The notes: a model not told the origin generated them from the letters alone. Shown: positions 21,461 to 33,049, counted from the first letter of the stretch. The stretch: 64,000 bases of DNA from a virus (IMGVR_UViG_3300021400_000025:354069-418068); one strand, 5' to 3'. A program made the numbers and translations.

Positions 21461-22168
21461 TCAGTAAATCACAGTCTGATGTCCCTTGGAGTCTGTGAAC
21501 TGAATCTCCTTCGCCTCAGAGCCATACCACTCGGTCTCGTACTCTTCGCCCCGACGCCTGTCCTCAAGGTCATCGCAATTGACGAACTCGTATGCCAGCT
21601 TCTTCTTGCCCTTGAGATAGTCGAGAACCTTGGCGCACTTCTTCTCGGATTCCGCATACCAATGGTAGTCGCGGGAGAAGATGGATGAACGCTTGCCCCC
21701 AACCTCGCAGTGATACCAGTCCTTGAAGTTGATTTCAGAAAGTCCCAACGCCTTCAACTTCTTGTTGATTGCGAAGAAGCCCTTGCACGGCTTGATGAGG
21801 TAGATGCCTTTGCAAGTGATGTATTCGCGTGGACGGGAATACCAACCCCCAGACCATTTCGTGCCAGTCTCGTTGTTGCGAGAGAGGATTTCGCTCTTCT
21901 TCGGCTTCAGCTTGGAGCAGATTGCGTCGGCGATTCTGCAAGTGATTTCACCAAAGGACTCGTCGGACAGCTCCCCAAAATCCACCTCCTCCTTGTAGCC
22001 AGAACGAAACACAAGATGCGTCCCATTGAACTTGTTGGAACAGCAGACATTGGTGAAGTTCCCAACGATGCGCAGGTAGTTCTCACCTTCCTTCACAGAC
22101 TTGAACTCCTTCACCAGAACCTTGGCAACGAATGCCACCTTCTCTTCAGTTGTCGCGTTCTTCTTCAT
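21461..22168 (-). CDS. Hypothetical protein
   Basis: Early-cluster ORF. Confidence 0.6.
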   Translation of the reverse strand: MKKNATTEEKVAFVAKVLVKEFKSVKEGENYLRIVGNFTNVCCSNKFNGTHLVFRSGYKEEVDFGELSDESFGEITCRIADAICSKLKPKKSEILSRNNETGTKWSGGWYSRPREYITCKGIYLIKPCKGFFAINKKLKALGLSEINFKDWYHCEVGGKRSSIFSRDYHWYAESEKKCAKVLDYLKGKKKLAYEFVNCDDLEDRRRGEEYETEWYGSEAKEIQFTDSKGHQTVIY

Positions 22169-22194
22169 GCTCGTTTTCTCTTTCCTATTGGCAA

Positions 22195-22647
22195 TCAAAG
22201 ATCAATCACAATCCCATCATTTTCCTGATGGAGAACCTTCTTGTCGGCAACATATTCAATCCTGACCATCCCCTCGTCCTTGAACATGCCCTCGGAAATC
22301 TCCCAACTCTTCACATGCTCAGTGGATCCAATCCTGTTGATGATGTATGGGGCGTCGCACTTCTTGACATAGAAGTAGTATGTCCGCCACTTGCGGTTCT
22401 CCTTCTCCTCGTTGAACCTCTTCTCAACCAATTCGGCAACATAGTTCTCCACGCTGGAGAACCCATTGTCCAGAAGATACTTGAGAAGGTCACTGGAGAG
22501 ACCGAAGTCATGCGCCTCCCCACGCAGGTTGTCAACCAAAGTCAACCTCTTGTCGTTCTTGCAATTCTTCGTGCAATCGACCTTCACATCCTTGTTGAAC
22601 CACATGAATCCCATTTTTGTTTTCTCCTTGTTTTTTGTTGTTATCAA
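22195..22647 (-). CDS. Hypothetical protein
   Basis: Early-cluster ORF. Confidence 0.55.
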   Translation of the reverse strand: MITTKNKEKTKMGFMWFNKDVKVDCTKNCKNDKRLTLVDNLRGEAHDFGLSSDLLKYLLDNGFSSVENYVAELVEKRFNEEKENRKWRTYYFYVKKCDAPYIINRIGSTEHVKSWEISEGMFKDEGMVRIEYVADKKVLHQENDGIVIDL

Positions 22648-22919
22648 TGAATTTCGTTGTAGGTCTTGCCATCGGCATTGACAGCTATTCCAAGTTTGTC
22701 TGCGGAAACGCCAGCAATCCTCTCGTCGCCATAGGCGGCTATGATTTCATACAGCCCGTCGTTCTCATCCACAACCCAATATGGTCTCCACTCATGGGCA
22801 GAATCGTCATACTTGAAGACCAACTGCCCAACAGACACCTTGCCCGGAAACCCCAATGTGTACCTGCTGCCCATTGACCATTGAAGTTCATCCCATGCTT
22901 TAGAATGTGGCATTGTCAT
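22644..22919 (-). CDS. Hypothetical protein
   Basis: Early-cluster ORF. Confidence 0.55.
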   Translation of the reverse strand: MTMPHSKAWDELQWSMGSRYTLGFPGKVSVGQLVFKYDDSAHEWRPYWVVDENDGLYEIIAAYGDERIAGVSADKLGIAVNADGKTYNEIH

Positions 22920-22940
22920 TTCAGCGTATCCTTCTTTGGT

Positions 22941-23123
22941 TCAAGACCACATTCCAACAACCTTGTAGTTGTGTTCCATGGCATACGCTTTGACTTCGTC
23001 CTTCGTCTTGAAGGACTTTCCCATTGGATTGCAGTAGTCATCGTAGTAATACAAATTCCACTTGCCGTTTTCCAACAGACCCATCACTTCAATTTCCTCG
23101 TCCATGTCATCTTCTCCTTTCAA
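22941..23123 (-). CDS. Hypothetical protein
   Basis: Early-cluster ORF with RBS. Confidence 0.5.
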   Translation of the reverse strand: MKGEDDMDEEIEVMGLLENGKWNLYYYDDYCNPMGKSFKTKDEVKAYAMEHNYKVVGMWS

Positions 23124-23299
23124 CGCTTCTTGCCACGCAGACGCAGGAACTTGTCCCGCTTCTTGTAGAATTCACGAACCTTCTTGGCGTTCGGAGCCTT
23201 GCCGGCGACTATGCGCCCATTCACATGGACATACTCGCAATTGGCAAGTACAACCTCGGAAGCCTTGCGCTCCAGTTTCTTCATCATCGTGTTTTTCAT
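23120..23299 (-). CDS. Small basic hypothetical protein
   Basis: GAGGA RBS. Confidence 0.5.
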   Translation of the reverse strand: MKNTMMKKLERKASEVVLANCEYVHVNGRIVAGKAPNAKKVREFYKKRDKFLRLRGKKR

Positions 23300-23300
23300 T

Positions 23301-23642
23301 TCACTCTTCCTCTCCTGTTCCACGACAAAGGGCAACGAACATCTCGTTGTCGCACTTGCTCCAAAGTCTACGATATGTCAAACCATACTTCTCGCAGAGA
23401 TGACAAGCTGTCTTGAAAAGGTATGTCTCCGCAATCTCTGGAAACTTGGCGAGGGTGTCCTGGCACTGCCCAAACTGCTCATATCCCTGACCATTTGCGC
23501 CTGTTATTCGGAAAATTATTCCACCATACTCTTCGCCGGCCTTGCGATGGTCGCTTGTGTCGTCAAATGTGACGAACACGCGATTGCCCTTGCGACCCCT
23601 GTTGTGAAGGTCAATGTTTCCCAGATGATAAGTTGTTCTCAT
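23301..23642 (-). CDS. Hypothetical protein
   Basis: GGAG RBS. Confidence 0.5.
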   Translation of the reverse strand: MRTTYHLGNIDLHNRGRKGNRVFVTFDDTSDHRKAGEEYGGIIFRITGANGQGYEQFGQCQDTLAKFPEIAETYLFKTACHLCEKYGLTYRRLWSKCDNEMFVALCRGTGEEE

Positions 23643-23661
23643 TTTCAACTCTCCAATCACC

Positions 23662-23883
23662 TCACAGATAGATGGCGTTGCAGGGACGAATCTCAAGTTC
23701 AGAACGAACCCAATGGGTCTTCTTCATGGGAAAGGGAAGAAGAATGCGCATGGACTTGTACATTGCCCAGATAGACGCTGTCCAACGGTTCCACGAATAG
23801 TGGGTATATACCCTTTTCACCCCAAGGGGGTAATTGACCGTAAGGATTGCCTTTTCGCAATTTGGCTTGTAGTTGCTGTTCAT
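23662..23883 (-). CDS. Hypothetical early protein
   Basis: AAGGAG RBS directly after an early promoter. Confidence 0.55.
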   Translation of the reverse strand: MNSNYKPNCEKAILTVNYPLGVKRVYTHYSWNRWTASIWAMYKSMRILLPFPMKKTHWVRSELEIRPCNAIYL

Positions 23884-23904
23884 GTTGTTCTCCTTGTTTC
23901 TCAC

Positions 23905-23949
23905 AACACCTATATTATAGCATAACCCAAGGTCAGAAGTCAAGGGGGG
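23905..23949 (-). promoter_or_regulatory. Sigma70-type early promoter
   Basis: CCCCCC-TTGACT-N18-TATAAT-ATAGGTGTT. Confidence 0.8.
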
Positions 23950-23993
23950 TCTACGAGAAATCCTCAACTTTTGACCTCGGAATCCAACTACCC

Positions 23994-24902
23994 TCACTTT
24001 GCGAACTTCAGAATCCACTTGCAAAAGCAATCGTCCCGAGTAGGCTTCACTTCGCTGCTCTTCACATTGTGGCTGGCTGCAATGTCCCCATCAACATCAA
24101 TGAGATCCATCTTGCCATTCATCTTTTCAGTCACGCCCACCCTGACCACGGCAACTCCATCCAGAAGGTCAGAAGGGACGCATGCCTCGATTCGCTCTGC
24201 GATTAAGCCGCATGACAGACCTTCATCGTCAGTCTGCCCAAGGTTCAAAACCCCATTCTCGAACCAGATGTCTTCTATCCCCCAATATGGGTTCTCCGCG
24301 CCCTTCGCATGAGGCATCACGGAGGCGTATTGGTCGCCAAAGTCCCTGAGAGACTGAATTAGCTGCCTGAAGGTCAATGGGGCTTCACCACCATTTCCTG
24401 AGCCAGCTTTTCCTGCGCCAGCATCGCCCTTCACCGAGATTCTGTCAAGAACAGCCTTCTTCATCTTGCCATAATTGAACCACCATTCTCCATCATGATC
24501 CGCGCAAAACGGCATGTTCTCATGCGAATATGTCCCCTTTTCACGGCTATGGCCGCCGGAAATGTTGTTTCCATCAACTGGGATGTATGCGCGAAGTTTT
24601 CCCTCCTGTCCGATGTAGAGGACAAATGCAATCGCCCACTCGCCCTCTGCATGGGAATAGCACCAAGCAACAGGGAACTTGCCATTTCCAGAACCAAGCA
24701 TCTCATAGCCGGGAATCCCTTGTGCTGACTTCCACTTCGCCTCGGCCAAAAGCCCTGCGAAGTCATGCCCCATGTCAACCTTGAGCAAGTCCTTGTGGAC
24801 TTTCAGCTTGTCGTTGTAGATGGTTTCCTTGACGCCACCATTGTCCTCAATCATGCGCTTGAGGTCTTCAATGGTCTGGTTTGGTTTCGCATATCTGCCC
24901 AT
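23994..24902 (-). CDS. Hypothetical early protein (two domains, Gly/Ala linker)
   Basis: AAGGAG RBS after an early promoter. Confidence 0.65.
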   Translation of the reverse strand: MGRYAKPNQTIEDLKRMIEDNGGVKETIYNDKLKVHKDLLKVDMGHDFAGLLAEAKWKSAQGIPGYEMLGSGNGKFPVAWCYSHAEGEWAIAFVLYIGQEGKLRAYIPVDGNNISGGHSREKGTYSHENMPFCADHDGEWWFNYGKMKKAVLDRISVKGDAGAGKAGSGNGGEAPLTFRQLIQSLRDFGDQYASVMPHAKGAENPYWGIEDIWFENGVLNLGQTDDEGLSCGLIAERIEACVPSDLLDGVAVVRVGVTEKMNGKMDLIDVDGDIAASHNVKSSEVKPTRDDCFCKWILKFAK

Positions 24903-24931
24903 GATTTTCTCCTTGTTTTTTTTTTCTTGTC

Positions 24932-24974
24932 AACACCTATAGTATACCACATTTAGGTTTGGAACGCAAGGGGG
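24932..24974 (-). promoter_or_regulatory. Sigma70-type early promoter
   Basis: CCCCC-TTGCGT-N17-TATACT-ATAGGTGTT. Confidence 0.75.
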
Positions 24975-24987
24975 TTCAGAAGAAAAA

Positions 24988-26028
24988 TCAAGGTTTCATG
25001 AATACGTATATCTTCTCATCATTGTCGGAAAACATGATTTTCTTGCCATTATCGTACTCCCCACCACCTGCGGCACCATGGCATCTCTTCTTGTTCACAA
25101 GAGCCTCCCTTGCCACGAACCTGAATCCACTTTCCTTTGAAGCCTTGGCAAAATCAAGTTCAAGGGGATATATCTCGTTCGTCTTGTAGTCCAGGAAATT
25201 CTTGACGTTCACGATGAAATGCCCACCATGAACCAGATACCTTGCGCAGTTCTCAACAGTTGGATATACGAACCCATTGACCCATTCACTGTACTCCATG
25301 CCCTTCTTGTACGATTGACCTTCACCAATGCCATAGTCCTCAAGCGAGAAGTATGGAGGAGAGGAAAAGCACAAGCCCATCTTGTTCTCCCATTCTGGAA
25401 CGAATTCCTGACTTCCTTGGCATCTGATGTCGCAGGTTGAACCATTCGCTGGATTCACGCACTTGTAGTCGTTGAACAACGCCTTGAGTTGTGGCACAAG
25501 TTCAGTGTTTGGGTCTGTCCCAAAGTAGTTGATGTTGTTCTGAAGTGCAGCGAGCAACCGGGATCCCCAACCACAACTGTAGTCGTAGTAGTTGCCATTC
25601 ACATTGTACTTCTTCACTATATCAGAAGCCGTCTTCAATGGGAAGTTGGGCAGCTTCACGCAGTACCTGATTCCACAAAGCCTGAATGCAGTCGCTATTT
25701 TCTGGGCAAGGGTCATGGTGTCTGGAAACACCTTCTTGTTGGAATCGACCTTTCCGGCGAAATACTCCATTATCTGCCTGTGGTGGATGCCATCCCAAAT
25801 CGACCAGGATGCCCTTGTTCCAACGCACTTGGACATCACTTCCTTGAAGTAATGGTCGTATATGACATTGGTCTTGGTCTTTCCATCGGCGACCGACCTG
25901 AGCTGCTTCTTCACCAGATCAAAGTCTGGCTTGGCATAGTATTCCCTCGCAATGGACTCGAACTCCTCGTCTGTCAATGGCTTTGAGATTGAGGAGTTCT
26001 GCTGTATTCCCTTGTAATCAATCAACAT
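24988..26028 (-). CDS. Orphan DNA amino-methyltransferase (m4C/m6A)
   Basis: Motif I YDYSCGWG followed by motif IV FSSPPY. Confidence 0.85.
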   Translation of the reverse strand: MLIDYKGIQQNSSISKPLTDEEFESIAREYYAKPDFDLVKKQLRSVADGKTKTNVIYDHYFKEVMSKCVGTRASWSIWDGIHHRQIMEYFAGKVDSNKKVFPDTMTLAQKIATAFRLCGIRYCVKLPNFPLKTASDIVKKYNVNGNYYDYSCGWGSRLLAALQNNINYFGTDPNTELVPQLKALFNDYKCVNPANGSTCDIRCQGSQEFVPEWENKMGLCFSSPPYFSLEDYGIGEGQSYKKGMEYSEWVNGFVYPTVENCARYLVHGGHFIVNVKNFLDYKTNEIYPLELDFAKASKESGFRFVAREALVNKKRCHGAAGGGEYDNGKKIMFSDNDEKIYVFMKP

Positions 26029-26119
26029 ACATGATCATTATACAACATTCCACATGAAAAGTAAATGGCTGGACATTCCACATGTCCAACCATTTGTCTG
26101 AACCAATCTGGATTCAATT

Positions 26120-26494
26120 TCACTTGGCTTCAGGAGCAGGCGTCTCGGTGCCAGTCTCGCCAGGTGCAGGATCACGCGCACCAACATCCTTCTTCTCGCC
26201 TGTCTGGGCGATGCTCTCGCTCAACTTGTACATGCTGAGACGCTTGGTGAGGTTCATTATGGCCAGGTCGTTCTGAACGGATTTGACGAGAATGCTCGAA
26301 TATGCGTCCAGGAACTTGGTGAAGTCCAAGAACTCCTCTGGGATGTCGGAAAGCCCAATCAGCTCGTAGAACTTCTTCACAAAGTCCTTTTCAAACTTCT
26401 CGAACTTCGTCTTGTCGTCAGCAAGCCCAGCAGCCTTGGCCAGGTCAAACGCAATCGCGCTCATGTCAACTTTGTTGTTTGTATTGTCAGCCAT
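26120..26494 (-). CDS. Hypothetical protein
   Basis: ORF downstream of uvsX. Confidence 0.55.
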   Translation of the reverse strand: MADNTNNKVDMSAIAFDLAKAAGLADDKTKFEKFEKDFVKKFYELIGLSDIPEEFLDFTKFLDAYSSILVKSVQNDLAIMNLTKRLSMYKLSESIAQTGEKKDVGARDPAPGETGTETPAPEAK

Positions 26495-26565
26495 TTTGCC
26501 TATCTCTCTTTCTGTTTTGTTTGTTGTTTTCTTCTTCTTCTTCTTCCCACAGTCAATTTGTTGTC

Positions 26566-26985
26566 TTATCTGTGCGAAATCTTGTTCTCGTTTCGATGCC
26601 AATCCACGATTTCGTAGTTTGCCATCAAATGCCTATGATCTATCACATCCACATAGAAGTCTCCACCAATGTCGGTTTTCATCACCACCCAATCCCTTGG
26701 ATGGATGACCAGCTTCTCTGGGGGATATGACTCCTTGTTCAACTTCCCCGGTAGGGTGAACACGGAATCCCTTGTGCAGAACTTCTCAAGGATTTCGTCC
26801 GAGAACTTGCCATGCTCGTTCCAATAAGCCATAAGGGGCTTGGGGAAGTCAAGGTTCTCAATTCCAATCATCCCTATCATGTCGATGATGTCGTTGTAGG
26901 AACCTGTGAACTGGATTGCAGGATATGGCTCCGTGTAGCCAATCTTGTCCTTGTCTCTGTGCTGAATCGCCTTTACCTTGCCCAT
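26566..26985 (-). CDS. Hypothetical protein
   Basis: GAGGAG RBS before MGKVKA. Confidence 0.55.
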   Translation of the reverse strand: MGKVKAIQHRDKDKIGYTEPYPAIQFTGSYNDIIDMIGMIGIENLDFPKPLMAYWNEHGKFSDEILEKFCTRDSVFTLPGKLNKESYPPEKLVIHPRDWVVMKTDIGGDFYVDVIDHRHLMANYEIVDWHRNENKISHR

Positions 26986-26986
26986 G

Positions 26987-28183
26987 TCAATTCTCCTCTG
27001 GAATGTCGTCGTTGTTCTCAACAATCAACTGCTTCTGCTTCTTGCCTGCCTTGATTTCCTCAATCTCGGACTCAATCTCGGCAAGAGCGTCATCAGACTT
27101 GGAGCGATACGCCATCTTCTTGGCGGACTCTTCGTTGAACTTGTCCAGGAAGGTGTCCCAGATTTCGTCCTTGGAGACGAGTTCCTTGTAGGTCACGCGG
27201 GTGTCCTTGTAGGACGGGACGATATAGCCGCCACGGACCTCCTGGATGAAGCCATACGCAACAGCGTCCTTGATGATGCCATCGTACTTGGAGATGCCAT
27301 AGTCGAAGTCAATGTAGACGTCAGCCTCAAAGCATGGCTTGATGACCCTGTTCTTCGTGCAGAAGAAGCGCATTCTGTTGCCCTTGTAGAAGCCAACATG
27401 GTTCCCATCGGTCTCCTTGCCTGTGGCGAACTCGGTGTCGCCATCCTTGACGAGCAACTTGCTTGCCTGGAGGATCACATGCGAAGCGTACTCGATTCCC
27501 ATTCCACCAGCCATGTTGTGAACCTTGGAGGCGTACATCTGGCCCGGATTGGAATACTCGTGGTTGATGACGATGAGCGAGCAGTTGGAAACCACAACTC
27601 GCATCATGAGGGTGCGGATGAGGGAGTTTCTTGTCTTCGCAGCCATGCCCTGATCGGCAACCATCTTGTCCTTGTCAACTGCATCAGAGACAACCTTTGA
27701 CGAGGCAAGTCCACCAAACGAGTCAAGAACCACGATGTAGCGCGGCTCGTCGTTGTTGTCTGGATCCTTCTCCCACTCGTTGTGCGCTTGAACCAGCGTC
27801 TCGTAGATGTTCACCAACTTCACGCAAGCGTCCTCGGCGTCAAGCGCAGGGACATACTCGACCTTTTCCAGGTCAGCCCCAAAGTTCTTGAGCAACTGGA
27901 CGCCACCACCTTCTGAATCCACCCAGAAGCAACCATCAATCTTGTTGTCCCTGAACGCATTGGCGACAACCTGCGCCGCGATGAGGGACTTGCCTGATTG
28001 GGAAGGCCCGTATATTGTAGTGATTCTTCCACGCGGAACGCCATTGTGGACGTTGCCTGTGATTACCCTGTTCAACGCGAAGGAGCCAGTATCGTAGAAG
28101 TCTGTGACAATCGTGTCTGACTCGGCGGCGCTCTTCGTGTCGTTCTTCTTTCTCAATCCCTTGAGAAGGTCTTTTGTCTTCAT
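26987..28183 (-). CDS. uvsX: RecA/UvsX-like recombinase
   Basis: DTGSFALN, Walker A GPSQSGKS, VDSE, IVVLDS, GGMGIEY. Confidence 0.9.
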   Translation of the reverse strand: MKTKDLLKGLRKKNDTKSAAESDTIVTDFYDTGSFALNRVITGNVHNGVPRGRITTIYGPSQSGKSLIAAQVVANAFRDNKIDGCFWVDSEGGGVQLLKNFGADLEKVEYVPALDAEDACVKLVNIYETLVQAHNEWEKDPDNNDEPRYIVVLDSFGGLASSKVVSDAVDKDKMVADQGMAAKTRNSLIRTLMMRVVVSNCSLIVINHEYSNPGQMYASKVHNMAGGMGIEYASHVILQASKLLVKDGDTEFATGKETDGNHVGFYKGNRMRFFCTKNRVIKPCFEADVYIDFDYGISKYDGIIKDAVAYGFIQEVRGGYIVPSYKDTRVTYKELVSKDEIWDTFLDKFNEESAKKMAYRSKSDDALAEIESEIEEIKAGKKQKQLIVENNDDIPEEN

Positions 28184-28342
28184 CTGTAAACTTTCTATTT
28201 TGAAAGTTCTGCATGTATCGCAACATGCGAATTGGCCGTCAATGGCACTGTGCCATCAACCAAGCATCTTCAATTATACAAGAATTGCGTCAAGATAGAT
28301 GTGAGGTCTTTAGCCTCGCATAGAATTCACAGAATTCGCGTG

Positions 28343-31300
28343 TCAAGAAGCCTGTGAGGGCGTTGCCGCAGCCCCATTGTCGAATTGGAGATTGGTGTAG
28401 TTCCCCCCTTGCTCCTGCGTCTGAATCATCTGAATTGGAGTGCCCTCCTCCCTCTGCTTCTTCAGTTTCTGCGTCTCTGAATCCAAGCCCTGCTTCATCA
28501 ACTCCAATCCATCTCTCACTGAATGGATTGTCTTCGCTCCTTGGAGCAAATCTGCGGCTGCCGCCATGACCTTGTCAAGTGGTATCATCACTGGGCCATC
28601 CTGCGAGAACTCTATGCCATACTTCTTCAATTCGTCTGTGGAGAGGGCATATCTGGCGTTCCAATCTATTTTCCTCTCCTTCTTCTTCCCCTCGAATGGA
28701 ATTCGCTTGATTCCGTCCTCTGGAAGTCCATGCATCTTGCGGTAGTATCTCTTCCACTAATCCCAAGTATAGTCCTTCAACCCCATTTCATCCACCTGTG
28801 TCTATGATATGCCACGATGTATGGCTTCTTGCCGCTTGGTCTGATGCGCGTACCACGCATCTTGCATGGCTTGGACATCTTCACCAATCTTCACCTCTAT
28901 GAACCCACCCGACACTTTGGCGCTGTAGTCAAGAATCTCCTGCTCCCGCTTCTTCCTCATCTCCTCCTCCTTCTTCTTCGCCTCCTCGGCTTCCTTCGCC
29001 TTTCTCAACCTCTCCATCGCTTCCTTGTCCTGTGCATCCACAGCCAAGGCCAACTCATCATCCGACACCTTGGACGAGCCATTCACTGCAAGCCATTCTG
29101 GGGAGAACATCAACATCACCTGTCTGAGGTCGTCGGTTTTAATCTGGAGAATGGATGGCTTCTTCCCAATGTTGAATCCATCAATGTTCGCCTGCGATCC
29201 CTGGTTGTGGTACGCCTGCAAATCGCGTGAAAACCTCATCATGGCAACTCTCTTCGCCTTGTTCTCCTCCAGCATCTGCTTCTGCATTTCATCTTCCACA
29301 ACATTGCCTGACACGCCAGATGCTTTCTTCGCTGCGCCAAACTTCTGCTTGTATTGGTCGAATGTATAGTCCTGAAGACCCATTTCATCCACCTTGGTCT
29401 GGGAAATGCCGTTATGTATGGCTGATCTCCTCTTCTCCTGATGTTCAAGCCATTCGTCAAACAACGACTTCTCCTTGGAGACATTCTCGTCCAGCTTCTG
29501 CTTGGGGGGTGGTGGATTCAAGGATGGGGGGACAATGAGGTTTCCACCCACCAGTTCACCATCCTCCTTCTTGTTCAGACCAACCCGTTTCTTGACCTTG
29601 CCGGTGGTGTCGTTCGCCACGAAATCACTGAGGCGCAGATCGTCTATGTTTGGCTTTCTGCCATTGGCATCGTTCCTGTTCTTGTCCACCTGCAGGAAAA
29701 TGTTGTCCGATCCAAACTCGTCGCCGGTCACGCTCTTCACATATGAAGTCTTCGCCTTCCCGGTGGTCATGTTGACATGCGAACTCTCCACCTTGATGTT
29801 ATCGAACAGATTGCCCTTGTTGAACTTGTACAGATACTCCCTTATCTCAACCAGACCATTTGTCGCCACGTCGTTGTTGTTCTAATCGTACTTCTTAATC
29901 CTCTCGGCGAAATCAGCTATTATGTCTCCCTGGTTGTTGATGATGACATTGCGCTCCTTGTTCAATTGATCGAACGACTGTATGAATTGCTTGAAAATCT
30001 CCGACGCTGGCGTGTCTGTGGAGTTGGCAAGCACATTTCGGATGTTGTCCAGAAACTGACCTATGTAGCCTGCTGGGCGGAGCATCATGGTCTGCTTCGT
30101 CTGGGGGTTGAAGTAGAAGAACGCCGACAGAAGCTTCTGCGACAGTTCAGGTGATTCAACCAATGTAGTGAGGACATTCCACGCCAAATCATCATTGCCC
30201 TTGCCCATTTCCCAAATCTTCCCCATGAATTCGTCGTATGATTTCGTCTGCTGGACATTCTGCTGATACACCAGATTCATCTCCTAAAGGCGGGTGTATA
30301 GGTTGCGGGCGACATAGTACCCACCTGCCTTGGACAACCTCTCCAGGAAGTCCATGTTCTCCATGCCCATTGATGTGTTGAGGCTTCTTATCGCAATATT
30401 CGCCCTGGTGGACTTCTGCTCGGTGAATTCTGCTGGGTCGTCCTCTATGAAGTCCGTGGCCTCGCCTGGATTTCCAACATCCTGCTTCAAGCCTGCGAAT
30501 ATGGACTTGATATCGTTCCACCAGTTCAACCAGGGTTGCGCGAATCCCTTGCCGATATCCTTCAGATTTCCAAATCCAAGCAGGAACTTGCCAACGGCCT
30601 TGGAGGCTTTCCATATGGAGTCTGCGAACGTCAACGGGAGCTTGTAGATCATCAACATGCCCTTGATATACCCCTTCACCAAGCCAAACACCATTCTGAC
30701 GAATTTGAGTTTCTTCACCCAATTCCACAACTTGACCACAAGCCCAGCAATCGCGCGGATGGCAAGTCCAAGGAAGTCTCCAGCAAGGAACATGCAGAAA
30801 GCATCAACTGAATCATACCCAGATTTCTTGACCAATTCAGTTATCTTCGACTTCACCCACATCACGGCCTTCACAATCGTCCACACAGTTTTCACCACGA
30901 ATCCATCTGGGTCCGTCAGCCATTTCACGACACTGTACAGCGCCCCACCAATCCATTTCAAGAAACTCCACAGACCCTTGAGGAATTCCCATCCCTTTGT
31001 GGCAATATATGTCACTGTGGACACCACGCCGTTCTTCAGCATGGAGAAGAACTTCGTTATCCATCCGAATATCGTGTCTTTGAACAGGAAGAATATTCCA
31101 CCCAGGACAATGAACAATGTGATGGGGTTGAACAAAATCCTCTTCCACAGAGGCTGTGATTCATTGTATACCCTTCTCACCGCCTGCTTGAGGTTGGACA
31201 TTGTGTTCCTCACCTTGTCGAATATGGTCGGGATCAGATTCTGCATGAACTTCACAGGAGCCATCAACACGCTCTTGGTGAATCCAAACGCGGTGCGCAT

Positions 31301-33049
31301 CATGTTGGCTATTGGCTTCACAAGGAACCTGTACGCCTTGTCCTTGATTCCATGCCCCAGTTTGGCAATCCAGAAAGCGGCCTTGTTCGCGAAATTCCCC
31401 ATCATCTTGAACAGATTCTTGAACACATTCGCGGTCTTGAACACGAGTTTCTTCAACCCCTGCCACAGTTTCCTGAACACAAACCCAATCGCCCTGAACC
31501 CGAGTTTGGTCAATGCCCATGCTGGAGACCATCCACCGTGGAATATCGCAAGTGGAGCAAGGAATATCGCGGCAATCTTTGCCTTGCCGGGAAGAGCCTT
31601 GATCAAGTCCTTGGCCGCAGTGACAACACGTTTTCCAGCATTCCACACAGCCTTCGCCACGAACACACCAGCCTTCGCAGTCATCACGGCAATCTTCCCC
31701 ACAATCTTGGACGCCTTGTAGAAGGTCTTGACCGCGAACACTGCAGTCTTGTACGCGAACTTCACTGTCTTCCATGCCACCTTGACGACTCCAGTCACAA
31801 CCTTGTACGCGAACACCACACCCTTCTTGACCGCCCGATATGACTTGCCCACGATGGAATTGGAAATCGCCCGCTTGACCTTCTTCACCCCCATCTTCGC
31901 CTTGAACTTGATTCTCCTTCCAATCATCTTGACCCTCGCCCCCATCCTCTGGAAGATGGTGGGCTTTCTGGGCGCAGGTGGCTTCTTCCGAAAGATGTTG
32001 CCAATGGCGAAAACCTTGTTGCGTGGTGAAGAAGATGAAGATTGGGATTGGATTCTTCCACCTCGAACCATTGTCTTGCCAAGAGGGGTTGAAGACTTCG
32101 TGGATGCAATGGCAGCTCCCACCCCAGCGCCAATCAACGCCAATGGAACCAACTTGGACGATCCTCCACCTTTTTTGGACATCTCCTTGAACAGAGTCTT
32201 CTTGTCCTTCAGCACATTGTTCCATTCCTTCTCGGAAATCCTCAATCCACCCTTTTCTACGATGTTGTTCTTCCCTATGGTCTTAATGGTGGTCCCTATT
32301 CTGAGGATGCTGCCCTTAATCAACTGGTTCTTGCGCTTCTCCTGCTTGGACACCTTGTCGGACAACTCCTTCAACTCGCCCAGCTTCTGGGTCAAGTGGG
32401 CATGGACTTCCTAGGATGCCACCACATGGCTGTCCACCTTCTCCTGGTTGCCATTCAACTTGGACACCAGTTTGGATATGAGTTCATTCCTTTGAATCAA
32501 CTGCTCTTGAGTGGCTTCCACATGTTCAGATGTCTGCTCCAGTCTCTTGTGGAGTTCCTTGACGCCTGAATCCAGTTCCTGCACCCTCTTCAACAAGGTT
32601 GGCTTGTTCGCCTGGAGAATCTTGACAACCGCATCAAGATGGACTTTGAGTTCATCCAACTGCGCCTTGTCCAATTTCTGGGCAACCACATCTTCAACCT
32701 CTTGTTTTGTCTCGGAAGCAGGAGAAGTTGAAGTCTGGAGTATCGCCCCCTTGTCAAGCAACTGCTGCGCAAGCCAATCTATGAACTCGTCCTCCTGGAA
32801 CTTCTCACCCAACAACTTGTAGATGTTGTCGTAGAGGACATTCGTAAGCACCTTGGAGTTGAATCTGAGGTTCTCGGAGAACTGCTCTCCAGCATATTCG
32901 ACATTGTTCTCAACAAGCTGATACAACAACTTGTCAATTTGCCACACATGGTTCGAACCACCACCCTTCATGGCGTTCGCCGCTGTCTGCTCAGCAGGGC
33001 TTGCGCCCGTGCTTGGAAACCTCTGTGTTATTTTCTTGTCTGCTGTCAT
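28343..33049 (-). CDS. ~1570-aa tape-measure-like protein with 5 in-frame TAG (32411, 30284, 29882, 28802, 28757)
   Basis: Five track ORFs share one frame across TAGs. Coiled-coil N-terminus, amphipathic W/F-periodic helices, internal repeat aligning TAG with Gln; GTAAATA upstream. Confidence 0.7.

Noticed and set aside
30657-32225. Long alternative ORFs (30657..31721 +, 31161..32225 -)
   Set aside because: Shadows of the biased tape-measure-like frame; no RBS or motifs
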